Below, one piece after another: positions 8,630 through 21,055 of a stretch of 51,136 bases of DNA (position 1 is its first letter; each line of letters begins with the position of its first letter). The position numbers and the translations under genes were made by a program. The notes under the pieces are model-generated. The model ran no database searches, was not told the origin of the DNA, and saw only the letters and a list, made by a program, of their open reading frames with translations. The DNA comes from an uncultured Clostridia bacterium (lineage in GTDB: Bacteria > Bacillota > Clostridia > TANB77 > CAG-508). The stretch is from assembly GCA_947624365.1 (NCBI GenBank), contig CANQJY010000001.1, positions 1 to 51,136 on the forward strand, read 5' to 3'.

Positions 8630-9899
8630 TACCTCTATATACAATTCTTCCACCAACTATAGTATATTTTACTTTTCCTTTTAAAGTTTTTCCTATAAAA
8701 GGACTATTTTTAGATTTTGAAACTATATTTTCTTTTGTATATACATATTCTTGATTTGGATCAAATATTGTAATATCTGCAATTTTCCCTTCTTGTATAG
8801 TTCCTTTATCAATTTTTAATAGTTGTGCAGGTGTGTATGATGTTAATTTCACTAAATCTAAATAATTAATATGTCCTGGTTCTATCAGATTCATAATTTC
8901 TGCTGACAATGCTGTTTCAAAACCAATAATACCATTTGGTGCTTTTGATAAATCTCTCTCTTTTTCTTCTTCACTATGTGGTGCATGATCTGTAATAATA
9001 CAGTCAATTGTACCTTCTTTTAATCCTTCGATAATTGCTTGCCTATCTTTTTCTTCTCTTAGTGGTGGATTCATTTTTGCATTTGTTCCTGATTTCTTTA
9101 CTTCATCTACTGTAAAAGTAAAATAATGTGGACAAGTTTCACATGTTATTTTTACTCCACGTTTTTTTGCGTCACGTATCATGTTTTTTGTTGTTTTTGT
9201 GCTAATATGACAAATATGTGCTCTTACATTATTAGTTTCTGATATAACAATTTCCCTTGCTGCCATAATTTCTTCTGCTTCTGGTAGTACCCCCTCTACT
9301 CCTAATTCTTCTGCTATATTTCCTGCATTAATTGCTCCTTGTGCCACTGATTTTTCTTCACAGTGTGATGCTACATATGTTCCTAATTCATTGGCTTTAA
9401 TTATTGCTTCTCTCATTAGTCTGCTATTTACAACTGGCATTCCATCATCTGAAAAAGCTATTGCTCCTGCTTGTTTTAATTCTTCAAAGTCAACTAATTC
9501 TTCTCCCTTTTCTCCTTTTGATACTGAAGCATATGGTAATACATTACAAAGATTTACTCGTTTTGCTTCTTCTATAATTTTTTGCAAAATAATAGCGCTA
9601 TCTGGAGTTGGTTTTGTATTTGGCATTGGGCAAATAGTTGTAAATCCTCCTGCTACGGCGCTTTTGCTACCGGTTTCGATTGTTTCTTTATATTCAAATC
9701 CTGGTTCTCTTAAATGGCAGTGTATATCAATCATTCCTGGTATAATATATAAATTTGTGCAGTCTATTATTTTGTCTGCTGTTTCTGTAATTTCTTTTGC
9801 AATTTTCTTTATCTTGTCATTTTCTATTAAAATATCATATATGTCATTTGTATTTGTTTTGTAGTCAATTAGTTTTCCGTTCTTTAATAAGATTGTCAT
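8622..9899 (-). CDS. pyrC: dihydroorotase PyrC
   Basis: 425 aa with the [10 protein letters not shown] metal-binding motif and ITDHAPH. A strong AAGGAGG RBS is present. Confidence 0.9.
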
Positions 9900-9984
9900 T
9901 TTTATTTCCTCCTTATTTTTTTGTCTATTTTATCATTTTTTAATAATTTATTCAATGATTTTTAAAAATTTTTGAATTTATACA

Positions 9985-10023
9985 GCAAAAAAGACTTAAT
10001 ACCACTATGATATTAAGTCTTTC
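9985..10023 (-). terminator. rho-independent terminator after the response regulator
   Basis: AAGACTTAATA-loop-TATTAAGTCTT followed by a short T-run on the minus strand. Confidence 0.55.
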
Positions 10024-10025
10024 TT

Positions 10026-10769
10026 TTATTTTCCTGAAATATAGTATCCTACTCCTCTTTTAGTAATTAAAATTTGTGGTGAAGATGTGTCTGCTTCTAT
10101 TTTCTCTCTAATTCTTCTTACTGTAACATCTACTGTTCTAATATCTCCATAATATTCGTATCCCCATACTTTTTCTAGTAAGGTTTCTCTTGTTACAACT
10201 TGACCTGGTTGACTTGCTAAAAATTTTAATACTTCAAATTCTCTTAATGTTAAATCAATAACATTACCTCTTACTTTTACTTCAAATTTGTCTAAATCTA
10301 ATTCTAATTCTCCAACTATGATTTTATTTTCTTTCTTTTGCTTATCTTTTGTTTCTGCTGACATATTTGTTATATCTAACATTGTTGCATCTGATTTTCT
10401 AATATTTGCTTTAACTCTAGCAACTAATTCTCTTACACTAAATGGTTTCGTGATATAATCATCTGCTCCTAATTCTAAACCTACAATTTTGTCAATTTCT
10501 GTATCTCTCGCTGTTAGTATAATAATTGGTATATTATATGAATTTTTTACTCTTTTACATACTGATAAGCCATCTAATTTTGGTAACATGATATCTAACA
10601 TAATTAAGTCTGGCTTTTCTTGTAATGCCATCTCTAAACCGGTTTGTCCGTCTTTTGCTTCTAATATACGATATCCTTCTTTTAATAAATTAAATTTTAA
10701 TACATCAATAATAGCTTGTTCATCATCTACTATTAATACTGTTTTTTCATCTTTATTTATATTTTCCAC
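10026..10769 (-). CDS. OmpR/WalR-type response regulator (no kinase gene adjacent)
   Basis: Receiver motifs LIVDDEQ and DLIMLDIMLP, plus a winged-helix C-terminus ...TRETLLEKVWGYEYYGDIRTVDVTVRRIREKIE. GTG start with an AAAGG SD. Confidence 0.9.
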   Translation of the reverse strand: MENINKDEKTVLIVDDEQAIIDVLKFNLLKEGYRILEAKDGQTGLEMALQEKPDLIMLDIMLPKLDGLSVCKRVKNSYNIPIIILTARDTEIDKIVGLELGADDYITKPFSVRELVARVKANIRKSDATMLDITNMSAETKDKQKKENKIIVGELELDLDKFEVKVRGNVIDLTLREFEVLKFLASQPGQVVTRETLLEKVWGYEYYGDIRTVDVTVRRIREKIEADTSSPQILITKRGVGYYISGK

Positions 10770-10812
10770 GAAAATCCCGCCTTTCGTCGGTTGATACTTA
10801 TTTCATTTATAT

Positions 10813-11412
10813 TTATACCACATTTATTAATTTAATACAAGTATTTTTTTCTAATTTTCCTCCACATTTTCCGCATCTATATTTTTGAGTAAAATTTTTA
10901 CTTATTCTTTTTCTATAAAATTCTTGTCCACAGTTTTTGCATTTTATTTTATATTTATAATCAGCTTCTTCTTGATACTCTAAGTTGCTTTTTTGATAGT
11001 CCTCTCTTTTATTTCCTGTTGTTTTTATTGTGTATCCTAAATTTTTATTAATGTAGTTTGCATATTTCTTAAATTCTTTCCCATGATTGTTACAATTTGG
11101 TATACAGTGGATTAATTCATGTATTATTGTATTTTTTATTATATCTTTGTTTAACTGCATAACCCATGTGCTAATTTCTATCTTGTGTTTTTTGTATCTC
11201 TGATATTTTATAAGTCTTTTTCTGCCTATTTTTTCAATGTATCTTGTTGCTTCATCTGGTTCTTCTTGTTTACATATCCCATATCTTTTTTTACTTCTAT
11301 TAGATAATTTTATTTCGATTGTTCCTATTTGCTGTTTGTTTTGCATATCTATTCCTATGTTATTTAATTCTTGTATACATTCTCTATATAAGTTTTGTAA
11401 TTTATTGTCCAT
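10813..11412 (-). CDS. SprT-like zinc metalloprotease-domain protein with a C-terminal zinc ribbon
   Basis: HELIHC (HExxH) plus CKNCGQEF...CGKCGG. Confidence 0.8.
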   Translation of the reverse strand: MDNKLQNLYRECIQELNNIGIDMQNKQQIGTIEIKLSNRSKKRYGICKQEEPDEATRYIEKIGRKRLIKYQRYKKHKIEISTWVMQLNKDIIKNTIIHELIHCIPNCNNHGKEFKKYANYINKNLGYTIKTTGNKREDYQKSNLEYQEEADYKYKIKCKNCGQEFYRKRISKNFTQKYRCGKCGGKLEKNTCIKLINVV

Positions 11413-11465
11413 TTTTTTCTCCTATTTTTATATATATTATATGTTTTTTTGTATTTTTCGTCAAT

Positions 11466-11495
11466 AAAAAGGACAGTTATTTTTCCGTCCTTTTT
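11466..11495 (-). terminator. rho-independent terminator
   Basis: AAAAAGGAC-loop-GTCCTTTTT between the glucan synthase-like gene and the SprT-like gene. Confidence 0.6.
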
Positions 11496-11506
11496 ACCTA
11501 ATAATT

Positions 11507-14500
11507 TTACATTATGACAGTTATATTTACAACTCCTTTATTTTCTTCTAGTCTAATATTGTTTTCTACTTCAATGTTATCAATTATTACTTTACTAACT
11601 CCTGTGTTTTTTCCATCTGGATTTTCTACAATAATATTATATAATGTATTTTTCCATTTATACCTTATACTGTATGTTCTCCATTCTTTTGGAATACAGG
11701 GATTTATACTTAAGATTTCATTTTCAATTTTTAATCCTAGTATATATTCTATTCCTGCTTTATAATACCAGCTTGAAGATCCTGTGTACCAAGTCCAACC
11801 ACCTCTTCCTGCTAAATTATTTGCTCCATATATATCTGCCGGTATTACATAAGGTTCTACTTTGTATTTTTTAGCAGTTTCTTTTGTTCTACTGTGTTCA
11901 ATTGGATTAATCATCCTGTATAGTTCTAATGCTTTATCTCCAAATCCCAATAAAGCTTCTGCAATGATTACCCAAGTGGCTGCATGTGTATATTGCCCAC
12001 CATTTTCTCTCACACCTGGTAAATATGCTTTAATATATCCTGGTTCTAATTTACTCTTTTCAAAAGGAGGATCTAATAACTTTATAATGCCATTTTCTTT
12101 ATCTATTAAGTGATTTTCTAGACTTTCAATAGAAATATATTTTTTATCATTATCACCTGCTTCTGAAATAGTTGCCCAACTTTGTGCAATACTATCAATT
12201 CTACATTCTTCATTTTCCATTGTACCTAAAGCTTGGCCATCATCTGTATATGCTCTTTTATACCATCTACCATCCCAACCATTTGTATTTAATATTTTCT
12301 TTAAATCCTGTTTAATTTTTTCATATCTTTCAACACGTGCCATATCTCCTTTTTCTTGCATTATTGGAATAAATTTATTTAGAATATTATATAAGAAAAA
12401 TCCTAGCCAAATACTTTCACCTTTACCTTTATTTCCTACTTCATTCATACCATCATTCCAATCTCCAGAACCTATTTTAGGAATACCATGTTCTCCAAAT
12501 TGTAAACTCTTTTCAATTGCTTTAATACAATGGTCATACACTGTTTCCGTTTTTTCTCCTACCTCATATTTATCATATTTTTCATCTTGACCTTCTTCTA
12601 ATATATTTCCTTTTAAATATGGTGTTTGAATTTCTAATATCTGCTTATCCCCTGTAAAATACACATATTCTATAGTTACATATACAAGCCACAGCAAATC
12701 ATCTGAAAATCTTGTTCTAATTCCTCTTTTTGTTTCTTCATGCCACCAGTGTTCTACATCTCCTTCTTCAAATTGGTGTTGACTGTGTTTAATTATTTGA
12801 TTTTTAAGATATTGCGAATCGATATATTTTAATCCGATAGTGTCTTGCAATTGATCTCTAAATCCATATGCACCCCCAGATTGATAATATCCTGTTTTTG
12901 CAATTAATCGGCTTACAATAGTCTGGTATATTAACCACCCATTTAATAAGATATTAACAGACTCTACTGGTGTATATACTTGTAATTTTTCTAAAATATA
13001 TTTCCATTCATTTTTCACACGCTCTAATTCTTGCCTACAGTTCTGAATTTTACTATATTTATAACTATTATTCTTACAATCCAATATACTTTCTTCTGCC
13101 CCTAATAGAATAACAATTTCTTTTTGCCCAAAACTTTCTATCTCTACTTCTATTTCATATGCTATACAACTACTATTTCCCAAACTATTTTCATTATTTA
13201 ACATTTCTTTTCTTATTCCATCTGGATTACTAATTCCTCCTTGACCTAAGAAAAAGTTTTTATTTCCTGTATATGATTTAATAGGTTCACTACTTGATAC
13301 ATACATATAATTTGAAAAATCACTATTATATAGGTTTTGAGCTAAGATCATATTACTATTTTTATCAAATTGTAAATTAATATATTGTGATATTTTCTGT
13401 TCATCTTCTCCTAAAACAGGTTTGTTATAATAATAGATTTTTAATTTTTTTCTATTTGGCGTTGTATTTTTTAATGTTAATATTTGTACTTTTATACTAT
13501 CCTCTTTTGGTACATAAACTTCTAATTCTTGTTCTAATCCATCACTTTTATGCTTATATATACAATATCCAAATCCATATATAACATGATAATTATTATT
13601 ATCTGGCATAGGATTTAATCCAAGTGACCATGTTTTTTTTGTCTCTTTATCTTTTAAATATATTACTTCTGATGGAATATCATAGTTTGGCATATTTGCC
13701 CATGAGGTAATTCTATTTAGTCTACTATTTTTATACCATGTATAACCTCCCATATTTTCTGTAACTAATGTTCCAAATTTTTCATTAGCTAATATATGAG
13801 ACCATACAGTTGGTAATCTATTTTCCTTGTTTGCTCTAATAATATATTCTTTTCCATTACTTGAAAATGCTCCATATTCATTGTCGTATTTCAAATCTTC
13901 AATATCTTTTAACATATCTATATCTATTTCATTATCTTCCACTACTATAGGTGCCTGTTCCTCATCACTAATTGTTTTGCTCTTTTCTAAATATTCTTCT
14001 TCAATTTCATTCATTGCATTTGAAATAGATCCTTTATCACTATCAATAATAATATTTGCTACAAATTCTAACAATTCCATATCTTGTTTATTAATTTCAT
14101 TTTTATTTAATTCAAAAATTCCGCCTCTTACATTTTTTAAATATGCCATATTGGAATTAAATATAATATTTTGTATTTCTTCTCTTACATAATTTTCATA
14201 GCTATGTTTTTCTTCATCAATTAATACTAATTCTACTTCTATTCTTTTCACTCTGAAAAATTCATATGCTTTTAATATTTCTTTTACACAATCAATATCA
14301 TTAGCATTTTTCACTTTTACTAAAATTATTGGTAAGTCACCAGATATTCCATACTTCCATAATTCACTTTGATTATATTTATGTTTTGGCAAGTCTTTTA
14401 AATTTTTCTGTTTGCACGGATTTGAAAAAAGTATATATGAAAGCATTTTTTGATATTGTTGCATTTCTTTTGCTTTAATACGAAGATATCTGCTTTGCGC

Positions 14501-17500
14501 TTCTATTTTTGCTTTTGATATTTCAAATGCTTTTTCTACAGTTTCTTTCATTTTATATTTTTTGATATTTTCTAACAATAGTTGTTTATTTTGTCCAACA
14601 GATAAAACTAAATTTAATTCTACTTTTTCTTGTGGGTTTAATTTTATTGTTCTTTTTAGAGCTATTACACCTTCTGTTACAAGTCCTATTTTTTGTGATA
14701 ATGGTGTTGAGTTTTGTATCATGTCTGGAATTCCAATATTGCCTCTTCCTGCAAATTTTTCTTTATCAATTTCATATTCTAAGTTTCCTATTGTTTCATT
14801 GTCTGTTCCTAATAAACTAGTTGCTAGATATATCTCTGTTTCATTTTTATCTCTCTTCTTTCTTTTTATAATTATACTATTTGTATCTTCATCGTAGTCA
14901 AACATTAAGAATAAATTATTAAATACAGGATGGGCATAATCTTGTTCTTTTTTTGATAATACTGGTTCAAAATATGCATTTACTTCTAATACTTCTGCTT
15001 CTAATCCTCTATTTTCTAGTGTTATTCTTCTTATTTCTGTAGGATCATCTGGGCTTATTATTGTTTCTATTTTAGTATTAATATTGTCTTGTTCCATTTC
15101 CTGTTCTATTTTGTCTGGCATAAAACTAATTTTGCAATTATTTTCTTCATTTTGCTTAAATGAACTCCAAATGTTTTTTGTACGAATATTTTTTATAACA
15201 AAGAAAATTCCTTGTGGATAGTCATCTGTTTTCTTGTATCTATTAATATATATGTCTTTATATTTGCTAAATCCTTCTCCTTTTTGATTTATTGCAATTA
15301 CATAGTCATCATCTGATATAACATTTCCTCTAATTAATCTATTGTCAAGTTTGGTATATGTTACTACACTATAATCTTCATAGTCTACATATATTGGTTT
15401 TTCTACTTTTTCTTTTGTTTCTTTTGTAATAATTGATGTTTCTGGCATGGTTTCTTGTAATAATATTGTTGTACTTGCTATTTCAGGATTTTGCACAAAT
15501 CTTTTTGGTAAAATATTATTGTTAATTAAATTATTTATTGATAATAATATTAGTGCTTGATGATGTGCCATATATGTTTTTACTGGTTGTGGTTTTTTCC
15601 CATTTTCAATTCTTTCTGGTGTAAAATCAATAGATTCATAAAATCCATATTCTCCATACATGCCATAATTTTCTAATAGTTTTAAATTTTCAATTACTTT
15701 TTTTGGTTTATCAGTAATTGCTAATACACTTCCATATGTGGCAACTACCATCTCATCTGCTAATCCTCTTTTTAATCCTAGCCATGGAATTCCAAATGCT
15801 TTATATTGATAGTTTCCTTGTAAGTCTTTTACATTAAATGCTGTCTCTGATATTCCCCATGGTATTTGTAGTTCTTTACTATATTCTAGCTGGCTTTTTA
15901 TCATAAATTTACAAGACTCGTCTAATAAACTTCCTTCATATTTGGGGATATTAACATTTGGCATTAAGTATTCAAATGATGTTCCTGACCATGAAATAAG
16001 CCCTTTATACCTTCCAAGTGTTGTTAATGTTCTACTCAATTTATTCCAATGTTTTGCAGGTATATCTTTTTTATAATTGCAATTAAACTTGCTTGTCTTG
16101 CTTCTGATGCTAACAAATCATAATATGAATCTGTTAATTTATTTTCTTCAATATTAAATCCTATAGAAAATATTTGATGTTCTTTATTATATAATTTTGA
16201 AAAATCTGTTTCTTTTATAGTAGTCTCAATATATGTTATCATATTTTTTATTTTTGGATTTGCTTGCTTTTGGTAAGCATTTTCTAAAAATGCCTTTGTA
16301 GTAAATAAATATCCTACAAAATTGCCACTATCAACTGTTGATATATATTTTGGATTTAATGGTCTTTTTGTTTTTATTTCATACCAATTATATAAATGCC
16401 CATTCCATTTTTCTAATTCTGATATTGTTTTTATAATATTGTCTAACAAATTAATTGCTGTATCTAAATTAATGAATTTTAAATCATAACTAGAAATAAC
16501 TGCCAATAACGATAATCCTATATTTGTTGAAGATGTTCTATTAACTATTTTTTGTTTTCTATCTTCTTGATAATTGTCTGTTATTAGATAATTATTTTCT
16601 TCATTCAAATATGTTTTGAAAAATTTCCATGTATTTTTTGCAATTTCTAATAAATATGAATTTTCTTCTTCTGTAATAATATCTTTAGGATTTTTAGAAA
16701 TAATTTCTTTGCTAATTGCTTGCATAATATATGGTGTAATAATCCATAAAATTCCTAATGCCGTTCCCCATATATTATTTAAAAAACATAGTAAAATTGC
16801 AATAACTCCTGCTATAATGTTTACTATCATTTGTTTATAATATGATATTATATCTGTTTTTGCCTGTTTTTCCGCTTCTTCTGAAGTCATCCATTCTAAT
16901 AGATGCATTTTTGTTACTGTTTTTCTATAAATAGTTTGACAAATAGCTTTTATTGAAATATATGCTTTATATGGTAAACATCCTAATGTTAAAATTGCTC
17001 TTATTAAAATTCCTTCTGTCCCTGTGATTTTTTGTGTATATGTTTTTAATTTTTGTTCTCCTTCTTTTTTAAATATCCATTTACTAAGTAATTCTAGTAT
17101 CTGTGAAATGATAACTGTTAGTGATAAAAATACAATTGTCCATTTTACTTTAAGTGTATATAGCATGCAAATAATTATTGAGATATCAAAAAGGCTTCTT
17201 CTTAAATTATCAGCTATTTTGTATTTTGAAAGTAGATTTAATTTTTTACTTTTTAACCAATTGATAATTTGCCAATCTCCTCTTATCCATCTTGATAGCC
17301 TATTCATAAAACTCATATATTTCGTAGGATATCCATCCATTAATAATACATCTGATACAAGTCCACATCTTAGGTAACAACCTTCTAATAAATCATGACT
17401 TAGTACTGTGTTTTCTGGTATCTCATTTTTTAATACTTTTGAAAAAACTTCTAAATCATAAATACCTTTGCCTGTAAAAATGCCTTCTTTAAAATTATCT

Positions 17501-19524
17501 TGATAAATATCAGAAATAGCATTGGTATAACTGTCAATGCCTCCTGCCCCTGCAAATATTTTTGTAAAATTAGTTTTTAAGCTTATATCTAAATTAATGC
17601 CAACTCGTGGTTGCATTATTCCATATCCTTCTACAACAATATTTTTTTGTTCGTCTATCACCGGTTTGTTTAAGATATGTGCCATTGCTCCTACTAATTC
17701 ATGTGCTGTATTTAAAATAAGATCTGTATCTGCATCTAATGTAATAACATATTTTATTTTTGGAATTGAAAGTCCTTCTAATGAATTATATAAAAATGAC
17801 TTACATTCATTTCCCAATAAATATTGATTAAATTGATTTAACATCCCTCTTTTTCGTTCCCAACCTAAATAGCTTTCTTCTTTTGAGTTCCATTCTCTTT
17901 TTCGATACAAAAAATTAAAAATAGGAAATTTACTTTCATATTTTTTATTTAATCTCTCAATTTGTTTTTTTCCTTCTTCTATAACTTCTTTGTCATATGG
18001 TTCTTCTTTTTTTGTACTTTCTGAACAATCTCCTAATAAAGCAAAATATAAGTTGGGTGATTTATTTGCAATATAATATACTTCTAATTTATTCATTATT
18101 TCTTTTACTTTTTCTTTACTTTTTATAATTGTTGGTACTACTACTATAGTAGCTTTGTCTTCCGGAATTCCTTCTTGATAGTCCATTTTTGGAATTAATT
18201 TTGGTTTGACTATTTTATTTAAAATATATTGTGTAATTTGTATTACAATTTCACTACATGGAATAATAAATAATATAAAAGAAAATATTGAAAAAATTAT
18301 ACTTTTCATTTGTGATGCTATAATTGTTGTGATAGTAGTAGAAAGTAGTATTGTTAGTACTACTATTAATAATATATATTGTTTTATTTTTGTTTCTGGT
18401 TTAGTTTCATTATTTTTGAATTTTAATTCTTGATATAATGTTGAAATTCCTTCATCAATTAAATAATAGCCAATATGAGATTTTTTTCCTTCTCCTGTTT
18501 GTGCAATTTCTAGTATTTTTTTTGCAATATAAATCTCAGATATTTTTGTTTTCTTTGATATTTCTTTTATTCTATTTCTATAATATTCTTTTGTTTTATA
18601 ATCCATATATGGGTAGGTATTACTTGGGTCTTGTTTTAATATATCTTCTACTCCATTAATTTTTTCAAATATTTCTAAAAAATTAATTCTTTGTACTGTT
18701 TTTAAACTTGTTATACTATTTCCCATTAATACCTTTTGAATAGCAATATCAAAATGTTCTTTTTGTATAACTTCAGCTACTGTTAATCCTAGTTTTTCGA
18801 CAATCTCTTCTAAAATATTTTGGTAAACAATTCCTTTTTTTCCATATCGTTTTAAAATATATGACATATATTCTATAAAAGGATATCTTATTTCTTGGTT
18901 GTTTTGCTTATATGATATATTAATTTTTGCTTTGTTTTCAATTAATGATTTTGCAATATTTTCTGCTTTACATTTTTGTATTTGTGCACTTGCTATTTTT
19001 TCACATATTTTACGTATGTTTTGAATAATTGCAATTTGAAGCATTATTCCAATATTCCATATTTCATCCATACTTAATGTTTTATTTATTTGATAACTTC
19101 TTAAATATTCTTCTAAACTTTGTTTTTCAATTTTATTTTCTGTATATGCAACAATTTCTGTTGCTAATACATAAACTCTACTAAAACCTGCATATTCTCC
19201 GTTTGCAAGTCCTACAAAATTTTTATATTTTTTTAATGTTAACTCTTTTTGTATTTGCTTAACAGTTTCTTCTATTATATAAAAATTATCTAATAGCCAT
19301 TCTCCTGCTGGATGTATATTTATATGTTGTTTCAAATGTTCATTTAGTAATTCATATACTTCTTTAATTATCATGTAATCTTCTAACATGCTTGGAATTG
19401 GATATGTGTCTTTTTGTGATTGTTGTGTAATATTGTGACTTGCTGCTATTTTCTCTAAATGCCTTTTTAATTGTTCTTTTTCTAATAAAGTTCCATTTAT
19501 CTTTAATCTTCTATTTTCTTTCAA
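11507..19524 (-). CDS. cyclic beta-1,2-glucan synthase-like giant protein (GT84 + cyclization + GH94 domains), needs a -1 shift at 16066-16072 (track ORFs 16036..19524 and 11507..16039)
   Basis: Glycosyltransferase motifs ITLDADTDL and RWIRGDWQ with flanking TM blocks; SWSGTSFEYLMP; a GH94-like C-terminus WTWYTGSSSWYY. The junction reads ...ASEARQASLIAIIK|KDIPAKHWNKLSRTLTTLGRYKG. TTG start after an AAGGAG SD. Total length is 2 mod 3. Confidence 0.85.
16066..16072 (-). other. A AAA AAG heptamer in the correct zero-frame phase at the glucan synthase frame break
   Basis: The codons are AUA AAA AAG. A tandem -1 slip gives ...I K K D I P A K H W..., which is the same heptamer and phase as the classical dnaX-type -1 site. 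It is equally consistent with loss of one A from an A7 run. Confidence 0.5.
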
Positions 19525-19612
19525 AAAAATTCCACTCCTTGCAAATATGTTTTATACATATTGTTTGCAAAAAGTGGATAAATTATACAGTTTTAATGAT
19601 TGCTATTTTAAA

Positions 19613-20422
19613 TTATTCACCTGGCTCAAATCCAGTGTCTTCTATCTCATTTTTTTCTGTTCCTTGAGTTTTTTCAAGTTCTGAATTTGGTACTAAAGTT
19701 GCTTTACCTTCTTTTGTAAAGAAGGTGTTACTTTCTACATCATAGTAAAATCCTTTTTCTTCTATGTTTTTATAAATTTCTTTAGAAGTTAGAGCATTTT
19801 CCTTTAATCCTATTTCTGAAGCCAAAAATTCATAGATTACTTTTGCTAATTTTGCTCCATTACCTTGTTTTAATGATTCTAAATATACATCTGTAATATG
19901 TTTATTCTGTTCTTTATGTGTTTCTTTTATCGTCTTTTCTGTTTTTACTTCTCCTTCTTCAGTTTCGTCTTTTTGTTCTATAATTCTATCTGATTGTAGA
20001 AAAATCTGATCAACTTGTACAACTTTTACGTTATCTACATCTGCTTTTTCACTTGCTTCATCTACCATATATGCTTTATATAATCTATACATATCATCAA
20101 TAAATTCTTTTGTTTTTGTTTCTTCACTTTCAGCGAATACTAAATCATCTAAGTTTGGATATTTTTCATATAATGCATTAATTTCTTTTGGCAAATATTC
20201 TAGCATACTTTCTTTGTCTAGATTTTTAAAACTTCTATATACTTCTTGTATTTTAGCATTTCTATCTATTCTTTTTACTTGTACATGTTGTTCGCCTTCT
20301 GAAAGTAATCCTATTGCAACTAATCCCACTGCTCCCCATATCATTATTTTTTTTGCCATTGATTTTTTTGGTTCTTTTTTATTCATCTCTGATAACTTTT
20401 TATTACTTTTGTATTCTACCAT
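19613..20422 (-). CDS. membrane-anchored hypothetical protein (269 aa)
   Basis: Strong AGGAGGG RBS, a single N-terminal TM (IMIWGAVGLVAIGLL), and an acidic/lysine-rich ectodomain. No family recognised. Confidence 0.6.
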   Translation of the reverse strand: MVEYKSNKKLSEMNKKEPKKSMAKKIMIWGAVGLVAIGLLSEGEQHVQVKRIDRNAKIQEVYRSFKNLDKESMLEYLPKEINALYEKYPNLDDLVFAESEETKTKEFIDDMYRLYKAYMVDEASEKADVDNVKVVQVDQIFLQSDRIIEQKDETEEGEVKTEKTIKETHKEQNKHITDVYLESLKQGNGAKLAKVIYEFLASEIGLKENALTSKEIYKNIEEKGFYYDVESNTFFTKEGKATLVPNSELEKTQGTEKNEIEDTGFEPGE

Positions 20423-20565
20423 TTTTATCCCTCCTAACTAACTACACTATTATTATACCATATTTTTACTTAAAACGCAAATTTATGTTTTATTGTGTCA
20501 TTTTCTGCGTTTTTTCATATGATATATTAATAAACTTTTTTAGTTTATCAGAAAGGATGAAAAAT

Positions 20566-21006
20566 ATGGAAATGGACTGTAATAAACCTGTTTGCCCTGT
20601 TTTAGATGTTGATGGTGTTATTTCAGGAGGTAAACAATTTGATTTAGATATAATTTTACCAGAAGATAATAGAGATGTAATTTATGGCGTTATTAAAAAT
20701 TGTTTTAAAGAACCTGTGTGTGATGCCGTTGTAAAATTAGTTGAAATCGTTTGTGATTGTGGTAAAGAAGAAAGAAGACCTGTTGGTCATACTTTTACTG
20801 ATAAAGACGGCGAATTTGTATTTGGACCTCTTTGTCCAGGAAAAAAATATGCTATTCAAATTTGGGCAAATGCTACTAAAAAAATTAAAATTTGTGCTAA
20901 GTGTTTTCATGAAGGTTCTTGTTTAAAAGGTGAAAAAAACGATAAATGTGATTGTTTTATTGATGATAAAAAACCTGAAAAATGTGAAAAACCTTGCAAA
21001 GATTAA
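20566..21006 (+). CDS. small cysteine-rich protein with a carboxypeptidase-regulatory-like beta-sandwich signature
   Basis: Start chosen at the ATG 8 nt after a GAAAGGA SD. DKDGEFVFGPLCPGKKYAIQIW resembles the CarboxypepD_reg fold. It has about 17 Cys, including a CxxC-rich tail. Confidence 0.55.
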   Translation: MEMDCNKPVCPVLDVDGVISGGKQFDLDIILPEDNRDVIYGVIKNCFKEPVCDAVVKLVEIVCDCGKEERRPVGHTFTDKDGEFVFGPLCPGKKYAIQIWANATKKIKICAKCFHEGSCLKGEKNDKCDCFIDDKKPEKCEKPCKD

Positions 21007-21019
21007 TATATGTAATATT

Positions 21020-21052
21020 AGCGGAGAATTAAATTTATGTCTCCGCTTTTTT
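21020..21052. terminator. bidirectional rho-independent terminator
   Basis: AGCGGAGA-loop-TCTCCGCT followed by TTTTTT, shared by convergent genes. Confidence 0.7.
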
Positions 21053-21055
21053 GAA

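Noticed and set aside
20314-20565. The long 230-aa version of the Cys-rich ORF
   Set aside because: The upstream 84 codons overlap the start of the divergent gene and are hydrophobic, low-complexity shadow sequence. An SD plus ATG at 20566 gives a sensible start.
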